A DNA stretch of 61,273 nt, the filler included, from Asterionella formosa (lineage: Eukaryota): assembly GCA_002256025.1 (NCBI GenBank). It is 14 parts of 14 records of this genome, joined end to end, with 100 filler letters (N's around TTAATTAATTAA, not from the genome) between each part and the next. Parts side by side here need not be neighbours in the genome. Positions count along the whole stretch, not along the records: positions 8,798 to 13,090 come from NKIB01013603.1; positions 13,191 to 17,477 come from NKIB01013604.1; positions 17,578 to 21,863 come from NKIB01013605.1; 11 more parts are not named here. The stretch is one strand, 5' to 3'. The notes beneath the pieces were generated by a model, which saw only the letters and a list, made by a program, of their open reading frames with translations, was not told the origin of the DNA and made no database searches. The translations under genes were made by a program, and so were the position numbers. Position 1 is the first letter of the stretch. Every line of letters begins with the position of its first letter. Shown here piece by piece: positions 9,583 through 19,214 of this stretch.

Positions 9583-11499
9583 TTACGTCGTCATGTAGGA
9601 GCTCACGTCCAATTCATCCGGAAGGACGGGAATGGAAACTTCAAATCGGCTCTGCACCTTATCGAGGATCTCCTTGTCAGCATCACTGGAGATAAACGAG
9701 ATCGCAATACCCTTGGTTCCGAAACGACCAGCGCGACCAACACGGTGAAGGAACTGGTCAGAATCGTCAGGGAAGTCGTAGTTAATAACGACATTGACAC
9801 GTTCGATATCAATTCCGCGACCAAAAAGATCGGTGGAAACTAGGATACGCGCATTGAACTCTTTGAATGACTTGTATTTGGCAATGCGCTCTTCTTGCTT
9901 TTGTCCAGCATGGATGCAAATAGAAGGGAAATTACACTCGGTCAAGAGACGATTAAGCTCGTTTGCGCGAGCAACCTTGGACACAAAAATGACAACCTGA
10001 TTAAATTCCAAAGCGTCGAGTAAGTCATTCAACTTACGGTTCTTTTCCGCCTCTGCGAGCTTCGTGTAATACAACTGCAAACCGTGGAGAGTCAATTTCG
10101 TATCATCGTCAACGTAAATCTCCATAGGATCTTGACAAAACTTTTTACAGACAGGACGTATTTCCTTGCTGAGAGTAGCACTGAACATCATGACCTGCTT
10201 TTCATGAGGTGTCATTTTGAAGATTTCCTGGATATCGCGACGCATATCAAGAGACTCCAAAATTTTGTCACACTCATCTAGGACGAAATGTTTGATGTGA
10301 TCTAGCTTCAGTGCCTTCTCACGAGCGAGACCAAGGACACGTCCAGGTGTTCCGACAACAATATGAGGGCAGTCGCTCTTCAAGATATCTCGGTTCTGCT
10401 GAATGGGCACACCGCCGTAAAAAACAGCAGTCTTTACATCTGGAAGGTACTTGGCGAAACGTTCGTACTCATGAGCAATCTGGAAGGCAAGCTCACGTGT
10501 GTGACAAATAACCAAAACGGAAACTTGGTTTTCGCCTTCAGGGAAGGCCGATGGGTTAAGCTGGTGGAGGGTGGCAAGAACAAAGACAGCAGTCTTTCCC
10601 ATTCCAGACTTTGCCTGACAGACAATGTCCATACCAAGGACAGCCTGAGGAATACATTCATGTTGGACCTCAGATGGATGCTCAAATCCGCAATCAACAA
10701 CAGCGCGGAGACATTCTGGCTTCAAAATGAAATCCTTGAAACCAGACGCATGTATACCGACATAGTGACCCCTGTTCCGAAGAAAGTGATGGAGGAATGA
10801 TAATGTTTAGTCTTCGAGTTTGATCTGTGATGGATGTATTGAGTTTCTTTCGTTGTGTGTTTGGTTGGGATTTTAGGGGAACAGAAGCTGATACATTGTC
10901 CATGATTACAACGATCGTTTGAAAGGATCATTCCAATACACTGATGTTGTTTTGTCGAAACCGAGCGAGTTGCGGATAGCAGATATGCGTTTCATTGACC
11001 TGAAGCAACCCACGTGGGTGGCTCGCTCCACAGGTCATGCCATTCCTCAAGTGCCAAACGGTCACAAAACTCTCGTGCATCGGTCAGGAAGGTCGCAGCG
11101 CCGCAGCCCCAAACAGTCTCCTGTTCACACAAACCTGCACAATCTGATACTCTCCATCATCCATCACAACGAAGCTTCCTGCATTCGCGCTTTTTGATTA
11201 TAACATTTCAACGCGTACAACTCAAAGTATTACGTTAGACTCACTTCTTGACATCTTTGGTATCGACCGAGGCCTTGTCCACCGAAACGTCGGCTACTTC
11301 CTATTTTGAAAAATCGAAAAATAATTATTTGTTGGAGCAGTTCAAAAACAGACATTAGTACGACGGTCACCGGCAAGACGGCACAATGATCTGAAACGCC
11401 AATCAAATCATTGCATTACAATGGCTCGTCCCCTTGCCTTTCTCGTACCTCTTCTTCGTCGTAGTCGACCAGTTCTTCTTCGGGATCGTGGTCTGCCAT
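9583..11499 (-). CDS. UAP56: UAP56/Sub2/DDX39B DECD-box RNA helicase, 431 aa; exons 11499-11449, 11300-11245, 10771-9583
   Basis: Motifs [29 protein letters not shown] and [10 protein letters not shown]. Removing two GT-AG introns (11448-11301, 11244-10772) gives 1296 nt in frame and the conserved N-terminus [17 protein letters not shown]...[21 protein letters not shown]. Confidence 0.96.
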
Positions 11500-12545
11500 G
11501 GTGGATGCTGTTGTTGGATGGAGGGAAAGACTTGGGACGATGAGATCGCTATGGACGACACAAAATGACTTGGAAAGTCAAGGCAAGGTGTGTGAAGCCT
11601 GCAGCAGCTTTGGTATTTACTATCATAATTGTACAACAACTCTTGGAGTAAGGAGTGAGTTCCGTTACCGTACCCGGACCAGGTACCGGTAGTCCATCTT
11701 AGCTAAATATGAATGATGGTCAGTAGGTACCTGGTACGGGTACATGCGGTACCAGGTGCCTGGTAGGTTGTCTAAATACCACAAATAATTAAGTCCATCT
11801 GCTTCAGCAGGATTGGACAAAAGGAAAGCCCCAACCTTACAGGGGTACCTGGTACCAGTACCTGGTACTGTTTGAAAAGATGAAACGATCATTATACTCT
11901 TCCACCGGTATAAATAACGGTAGGTTGATACCGCTACCGGGTACCTGGTACATGCATACATGCAGGAGCCTGGTTCAAGGGGTACCTGTTGGTAGTCTCT
12001 GTGAGGGCCTCAATAAAATATGATCCGAATAAGAATATTTGCATATGCAAACGTGTTTCTATTAACATTTTAGTATTCGCCTCGATTTTATTGTGTACTG
12101 TTAAATAGAAGGATATACCAGTAATAATTTTCATTATGACCTGTTAAATTGGGAGTAAAGAAAGACGTATGCACTAGTTATACTTGCAATTTAGGATAGC
12201 TCCCTTGCTAACCGAAACACTTTAATAAGGACAACAAACTGCCTATATTACAACCTGGTACTAGTACCATCAGGATTGGTACTATATTAAGGCCATGACG
12301 GGACCGGCAAGTGTAGCTACATGAAGATTTCTGCGTGGAAAACACAGTTTTGGCTCGTTTGCGATTCTATATGTTAGACCCTGGCAGGGGAGAAGTGAAG
12401 GGGTGTGTGTGATGACCTTACCCATTTTCTGCTGAACCATCACCCGACTGGTTGCATCTCATGAATCGTGCGTATAAGGTCCCCTTCCACAATCCATTTG
12501 CGGAAAAAAATATTTCAAGATTTATAATTATACATTGCTTTTTCG

Positions 12546-13088
12546 TCATTGTTCACAAGAGTTACAGGTCTCCACACACTTTTTATATGCATCACTTCCA
12601 GGGAGAAAAATCTGATTTTGAATTTCGGGACGCAAACGTAACCACTTACAATCGCGTTCGACGTTGTTGGTAAGCTTGAATTTGGAAGATGAATCTATGC
12701 ACTTGTTTACTATAGTGCAGTGACCGCATGTCGTGGAACATATCTTCCCAGTACCTTCTTCGATGCAAAGGACCTTTTTGTACTCTGGTTGTTGTTTCGA
12801 TAGCCAATTACAGTTTCGAAACTCTTGAATGTTGCTTACAAAGAAACTCGTCGTTTTGTGATCGCTGCAGTTTTTCCCCTTCGGTCTTTTCTTGGGATTT
12901 GATTTCATCTTATGATGAACGCTTGGTCGAAATGGGATTCTGGTGCTGTGTCGTGCCTTTGTCGATTTAGTTTCAGCGTGGAATGAGTGTTTGATTGGCG
13001 CTTTGCTTGGCTTTGAAATATTTGGTCCCAGCGTTGGGATGGTTTTGTTGGAGATTTGGTTCGTGGCAACGAAGGCGTTGAAGGTTTG
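12546..13088 (-). CDS. 3' part of a probably extracellular protein with a Pro/Ser/Thr/Lys linker and two Cys-rich repeats (5' truncated)
   Basis: Frame is open to the contig edge. Two units of the form CxD...F...CxWL...C...CxxTCxxC, a repeat type frequent in diatom proteins. Confidence 0.7.
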   Translation of the reverse strand, partial: QTFNAFVATNQISNKTIPTLGPNISKPSKAPIKHSFHAETKSTKARHSTRIPFRPSVHHKMKSNPKKRPKGKNCSDHKTTSFFVSNIQEFRNCNWLSKQQPEYKKVLCIEEGTGKICSTTCGHCTIVNKCIDSSSKFKLTNNVERDCKWLRLRPEIQNQIFLPGSDAYKKCVETCNSCEQ

Positions 13089-13521
13089 GTNNNNNNNNNN
13101 NNNNNNNNNNNNNNNNNNNNNNNNNNNNNNNNNNTTAATTAATTAANNNNNNNNNNNNNNNNNNNNNNNNNNNNNNNNNNNNNNNNNNNNCTACTGTCCA
13201 CATAGCTATAGTTATAGAATGATTCTGATTAGAACGCATTTCATTTTCATATCGCTCGCTCGTTTCTGCATTTGGCATACTGTACTTGAATTAACTATTG
13301 AACTTGTCCGCATCTTTGATGCCATCAAGAGAGCGAAAGCAAGTGGCTCTTTTCACTGTTGTTTGCTCGTAGGAATAATTTGATATCTGTATCGTCATTT
13401 GCTTGTTGAAATTGTCCGTTGCCTCAAACTTGCTTGCCGTGTGCGTGCAGACATTGTCGACTGGTTTTCAATGGTATGTTGTTCTTGTATTCACTGTTGA
13501 ACTTGTCCGCATCTTTGTTAC

Positions 13522-13807
13522 TGTTGAATATGTGTAATGGACATGTCGGTAACGGTTACACCAATTACACCGATATTGGCAATGACCGCACCAACCATGC
13601 CAGCGTGCAAACCAACGAACAAGAGTGGATCACAGCTGAACCAAGAAATATCAGGATTAGAGATAGTGTGTCTGGTACCAGCGAAACTGGCTCACTTTAA
13701 TTTAATTATTTGGTTTTATAAACAATACCATCCCGTTGTGCTTTTTTATCGTCGGATTCGTTGTTTTATGGACACGAAGACATATTGAGAACATTGTGGT
13801 TTCAACA
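13522..13807 (+). repeat. Family A LTR (286 bp), TGTTGAA...TTCAACA
   Basis: Perfect 7-bp terminal inverted repeats. Homology with contigs 13 and 14 starts exactly at TGTTGAA, where those copies have a PPT and this copy has unique flank. Confidence 0.92.
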
Positions 13808-13830
13808 TAATTAAATTAAAGTTAAATAAG

Positions 13831-16800
13831 ATGGACAAGGTGAAAACAGAAGGTGGGGACGCCGCCATGAAGGTTGACAAGGATTTCGGCATTGATGCCA
13901 AGAAAAGAGGTCGCTTCAACTTCGGAAAGCAACAGGCATCTCGGACACCAGCCGCAACGAAATTCGAAGGCAAATGCAACGAATTAAGAGGAAATATGTA
14001 TGACTGCTCGGATATGAAGCAAGCAGACCTATTCGCAAAGACGACGAAGGAGATTGCAGGTTTCGTAGGGCGCACCTACAAATACGGTGGTGACATACGA
14101 TTGGTGGTTGAGAACCTTGAGATGGTCAGCATCACTACACCTAAGGATCCACCAAAGGATTCTACACGCACAGATGAACGAATTTGGGAGAAAGAAGTGG
14201 ATGAGTTTGTAAAGAGGTCAACATACCTCAAAGAAAACATCAAGACACTATACTCCCTTGTAGTCTATGGGGACAATGCACGGATATAATGCAGAAGAAG
14301 GTTGAGGCCACGGACATATTTGAAACAATGTCAATGGAAGGCAATGGTTTGACTCTCCTTAAAGTCATCAAGGACGTCAACTATAACTTCCAAAGCCAGA
14401 AATACCTGCCTCACTCCCTATACGAATCCAAACGCAGGTTCTATATGTGTGTCCAGGGACGAAACATGACGACACAGGTCTACCTAGAACACTTCCAGAA
14501 CATGCTAGATGTTATTGATCACAGCGGAGGGACCATTGCTGGCGACTCAGGAATCGAGAACATGATTCTGAATGAAAAGACAACTAGCAAGGAGAACATG
14601 AATGATCAACAGTTAAGTGAACTCAAGGCAGAGGTACTCAAGCGATTCACAGCAGTAGCATTCCTAGTAGGAGCTGATCGTGTACGCTACGGCCGTCTGG
14701 TTGATAATATGGAGAACGACTTCCTACAAGGACGAAACAACTATCCCGAGACCGTCAGTGCAGCCTACCATCTACTAACAAACTGGAAGCAGGATCCACG
14801 GCATGGGCTACACGAAGTAGGGGCAGTTGGTGATGGCGTATCCTTTCACAATGTGAATGACAAAGATGGAACGACACTGAACAACAACAGCGAGAATGGC
14901 GCGCGGAAAAGGCCAAAAGGAAAGGCACACATCATGTGCCACCGATGCCAAAAGAAGGGGCACTACGCTACGGAATGTGAGGAGCCTGCACCTGTCCCTA
15001 GGAATTTGACCACCAGTACTCCTCCCACAGCTGAAACGACATCAACCCAGTCCGCCACCACACTACTAATGGATGGTGCGCATGAGGGAGAATTCGAGGA
15101 AAATGTACACTTCCAATTTCTAAATCAAGGAGGAGTGAGTCTGAAAATTGGGCCCGATGGAAGGCTACCACGTACATGGATACTATTAGACAATCAGTCA
15201 ACAGTTGATGTGTTCCATAACGCGGAACTCCTACGCAACATCCGTGTCCACACCAGTAAGATGGATATCCACTGCAACGCTGGTATAATCAGCACCCAAC
15301 TCGTCTCATAGGAGACCTTCATGGATATGGAACAGTATGGTACAACCCAAAGGGAATCGCGAACATCCTGTCCCTCGCATGTGTCAAGGAGCATGGATAC
15401 AGGGTAACATTTGATAGCAGCCAGGGCAATGCATTCCATGTTCACAAACCTGACGGAACCTATAGAGTGTTCAAAGAATCAATGAAAGGCCTATACTACA
15501 TGGATACAAAGGATCGCTCTGGAGTCACCCTTATCAATACGGTAGACGATAACCGTACTAGCTACTCCCAACGTGACTACTCACAAGCTGTGCTAGCCCG
15601 AAAGATACAGAAGATTATTGGGCGTCCTAGTACCCGCACATTCATCAAGATTGTCGAGAACAACCTGTTCCCAAACTGCCCAATCACACGCGATGACATT
15701 ATAGCGGCAGAACAAATCTTCGGGCCCGATGTGGGCTCGCTAAAAGGAAAAACAGTGCACCGTAGTTCAGTGCCAGTGAGGACCAACTCTACCACCATCC
15801 CCGCCGGGATTATCGACAAGTACCGTGTCGTGACACTTGCAGGTGACATCATGTTTGTCAACATTATGCCCTTCCTTGTCACCATATCAAGACACATCAA
15901 ATTTAGCATGGGCTCCTCGAAAACCGATGGCTACCAACAATAATCAAGGCCATTGACAATGTGCGCAAACTCTACATAAAAAGAGGTTTCCAAATCGAAA
16001 CAATCATCATGGATGGACAATTTGACGGACTGCGGGCCAACTTAGCCGAAATGGGAATGACACTCAACAGTTCTGCAAATGACGAGCATGTCCCTGAGGT
16101 TGAATGCCACATTCGCACACTTAAAGAACGAGTGCGATCTGTCTACAACATGTTACCATTTGCCAAAATGCCAGCTCGTATGATTATCGAGCTTGTCTAT
16201 TATTGTGGGTTCTGGCTAAACAGTTTCCCAGCCCACGGTGGAATATCTCCTACTCTCAGTCCACGCACTATAATTGCAGGCATGACCATTGACTACAACC
16301 ATCACTGTAAACTTGAGTTTGGAACATACGCACAAGTCCACGAGGAACACGATAACAGCATGACTGCACGCACGGTTGGGGCCATTGCCCTACGCCCAAC
16401 AGGAAACCACCAGGGCGGACACTTCTTTTTCAGCCTAAGCACAGGTCGCGTCCTAAACCGCAGCCATTGGACTGTGCTGCCAATGCCCACTGATGTTATC
16501 GATCGCGTTCACAAAATGTCATGTCGGGATGAAACTGAAGTCACCCTATACTTTGCCACAAAACGCGGTCAGATTGAAGATGAGATGCATGACGATGTTG
16601 ACGATGACCCCTTTGATCCAGCCAACAATGACAATACTGACGAAGATGATGACGACAACGCTGATGCCGCAGCACCCGTCCACATCGTAGGAGTGAATGA
16701 CAATAGCGATGTAGAAGGTGTAGAAGATGGAGACGAATACGATCTCGAAGCCACGGAACCAGGCAACGAACTAAACGAAAACACTGCCGAACTCAACGAT

Positions 16801-17343
16801 GAAGAAGAAGTCGACAAGGAACCCAACCCGCCTGATAATGATGAACCAAGAGCTGACAACAGCGATGTAGATGGTGAAGACAAACACGATCCCGAAGCCA
16901 CGGAACCAGGCAACGGAATAAACGAAGACACTGCCAAACCCAACAATGAAGAAGAGGTCGATGAGGAACCCAGTATCGAACAACGGATTCAACAAATGGA
17001 CGCCGCATATGGCCAGAGACAACACCAATACGATCTGCGGGCTCGCAAGCCTTGCGACTATAGTCACCTACATGTCATACTAGAAGTCACCGTCATGACC
17101 CAACACAACATAAAGAAAGGGCTAAAAGTATTCGGCGAAGCCGGTGTGGAGGCTGTGCTTAAGGAATTGAACCAATTACATGAACGTGGAGTACTCAAAC
17201 CAACAAAAAACTTATCACATGAGCAGCGCACGGATGCACTACAATACCTCATGTTTTTGAAACAAAAACGCAATGGAACAATTAAGGGCCGTGGCTGTGC
17301 TGATGGTCGGAAGCAACGTCAGTACACAACTAAGGAAGAAGCT
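13831..17343 (+). pseudogene. Frameshifted gag-pol of family A copy 1
   Basis: Frameshifts near 14263, 15303 and 15910 split one polyprotein into ORFs of 152, 340, 158 and 479 aa. It is cut by an insertion at 17344. Confidence 0.9.
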
Positions 17344-17477
17344 ACATCTAAGACGCGAAATACGCCACTTTTCGAAATTTCGTCTACGTATGAGTGTTAA
17401 TTATGTGGTACTTCACATGCATTAATGCCACTCTTCACGTAAAAAAGATTACTTTTAACTGTTTCATGTGAAGTTTT
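17344..17477 (+). mobile_element. Terminus of an unclassified element (ACATCTAAGACGC...) inserted into copia RT
   Basis: RT homology stops abruptly after KEEA. The same sequence occurs at 56766-56899 and 57000-57133, and with a different flank at 26347-26558 (minus strand). Confidence 0.75.
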
Positions 17478-17589
17478 NNNNNNNNNNNNNNNNNNNNNNN
17501 NNNNNNNNNNNNNNNNNNNNNTTAATTAATTAANNNNNNNNNNNNNNNNNNNNNNNNNNNNNNNNNNNNNNNNNNNNCCCCCCGCCCCG

Positions 17590-17617
<28 letters not shown>

Positions 17618-17620
<3 letters not shown>

Positions 17621-17720
17621 GGGAAGTGAAAGCTGAAGCGCCAATCACTGCGATGAGAGAATTGTGGAAAATTCTGTAGCCAATCAAGATATAGAAACAT
17701 GGAACCATTCTTAGCTAAAC
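17618..17720 (+). repeat. Dispersed repeat, also at ~34570-34670
   Basis: GGGAAGTGAAAGC...CCAATCA...GATGAGAGAATTGT...ATTCTGTAGCCA.TCAAG is clearly shared between contigs 5 and 8. Confidence 0.7.
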
Positions 17721-17821
17721 AGGCAAACTCTGCTACACTTTCTATGATCATGGTACCTGGTAGCCTGGTACTCCGGTACTAGATACCAGTGTAAAATGCT
17801 ACTGCATGCAATATGCATTCA

Positions 17822-18477
17822 TATGGCTGGGTGCATCCTGAAACATTGGGTAGCAACCGTACATCCGAGAATAACAAATGTTTTAAGTAAAATTTTGTAC
17901 ATAAACAACATGCATATGAATAAATTTTATGTATACATTTAACTAATTTCTCCATCCTATCACGTTGTTGTCGTGGTTGAGTTCATTAATGATGAACTTG
18001 AAATCGAAGTCCATTGCATAGCGATGGCTTTGAAAGCGTTGTAGTAGCTTAATTGTAACTCCTATAGGACCCTATGTGATGCATTCCTGTACAGTTTCAA
18101 CTCCAGATAGCCCACTGTCAAGCTCAACTGCTTTTGCACGTGAATTGGTGGTTGGTCATGTAGGCATATATTTGCCGTGCTCAACACAAACCAGGTCAAA
18201 TATGGACCAAATCGTGTGCGCCTTCGCCGCTTGATCCCTCTAATGATAGCGCTTTTCATGACGGTTATGTTGATAAATCAAGCGGTGCAGGAGGTTTGTA
18301 AAATTGTTGAGTAAATCAACAGAATAATACCAACATGGAAAGTGTGATTTTAACATAGGTTTTTAGGCGCAAAATATTATATACAGTAGGGTCAGGGTTT
18401 TTGCTAATGCTACTGGTAGGCCTACCGAATATACGGTGGGGTCTTCCTCGTGGCCCCAAAAATTGCACCTAGCCATA
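17822..18477. mobile_element. MITE-like element with TIR TGGCTRGGTGCA and flanking TA
   Basis: TA-TGGCTGGGTGCA at 17822-17835 and TGCACCTAGCCA-TA at 18464-18477. The interior is homologous (inverted) to ~49568-50201. Confidence 0.7.
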
Positions 18478-18498
18478 CATACAGACTCCTCCGTATGT

Positions 18499-18503
<5 letters not shown>

Positions 18504-18534
<31 letters not shown>
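18504..18534. repeat. (AT)n microsatellite
   Basis: About 15 AT units, read directly. Confidence 0.95.
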
Positions 18535-18538
<4 letters not shown>

Positions 18539-18669
18539 AGTGACACCTCTACAGATACTTCAAATGATCCTAACTATTGCCGGTAGGGAATCTTGTACGG
18601 TACTTTAAATCCAGAACGAAGGATGTGGGGTTTTTCACTTTCTTGGCCAGAAAATATAATTTTGGAGAC

Positions 18670-18802
18670 TTCAGGAAACTCCAGGAATTTCCTGAAGTTT
18701 CCTCACGCATTTCCTGACGTTTCCTGAAGTTTCCTAACATTTCCTTACGTTTCCTGAAAGTCATAGTCATTTCCTGAAATTCATAGGAATTTCCTGAAAG
18801 TC
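18670..18802 (+). repeat. Cluster of ~10-nt TTTCCTGA-type repeats (possible transposon subterminal array)
   Basis: About 10 copies of TTTCCT(G/C/A/T)A at short spacing. No convincing TIR pair was found. Confidence 0.65.
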
Positions 18803-19214
18803 ATAATCATATGCTTCGTATTCTCGTTTTTGCAATTACAAGAAGTCCGCTATTTATTTCGCTGAATCGTGCTATGAATACCCGTAGAAGATGTCCTTTA
18901 ATACAATAAATGATAAGAAAATATGTCGTTGTCCGGTAACATTTTGTCCGTTTCAGGAAAATGACCGCAGCTTGCAGGTACTACTGCAACCTGATGCGGT
19001 CATTTTGCTTCAAAAAACAAATTAATATGAGATAATGACAGCTAAATCCTTAGTTCAGCAAAATTACCGCAACTTGCTGGTAAGCAGATGTGAAATGAAT
19101 ATTTCTGTGTTTAGTCGAACTAACGGTAATCGATCGAACTTTTTAGTGAAACAGAGCTTCAAAGCAGATTTTATTTTATTACGTGGTACCTCCCTCTGGT
19201 TCTGGTAGCAGGTA

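Larger units (their letters stand above)
13522..17343 (+). mobile_element. CoDi-like Ty1/copia retrotransposon family A, copy 1 (5' LTR to start of RT, interrupted)
   Basis: LTR, then gag with knuckle CHRCQKKGHYATEC, protease WILLDNQSTVDVF, integrase (GDIMFVN, MDGQF, EHVPEVE) and RT start MFLKQKRNGTIKGRGCADGRKQR. Sequence upstream of 13522 is unrelated flank. Confidence 0.93.

Noticed and set aside
10772..11244. TPP riboswitch or canonical C/D snoRNA in the UAP56 intron
   Set aside because: No TPP aptamer core (CUGAGA...CCUGA) and only imperfect C boxes (UGAUGG). Kept only as an unclassified structure.
15290..15320. Programmed ribosomal frameshift between the family A ORFs
   Set aside because: The break falls inside the protease domain, has no slippery heptamer, and is explained by a 5-bp insertion.
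16698..16975. Duplicated acidic segment in the family A integrase-RT linker
   Set aside because: An ordinary internal duplication in a variable low-complexity linker.
17578..17618. Poly-C tract or G-quadruplex
   Set aside because: It lies at a contig edge, where poly-G/C sequencing artefacts are common, so it cannot be trusted.
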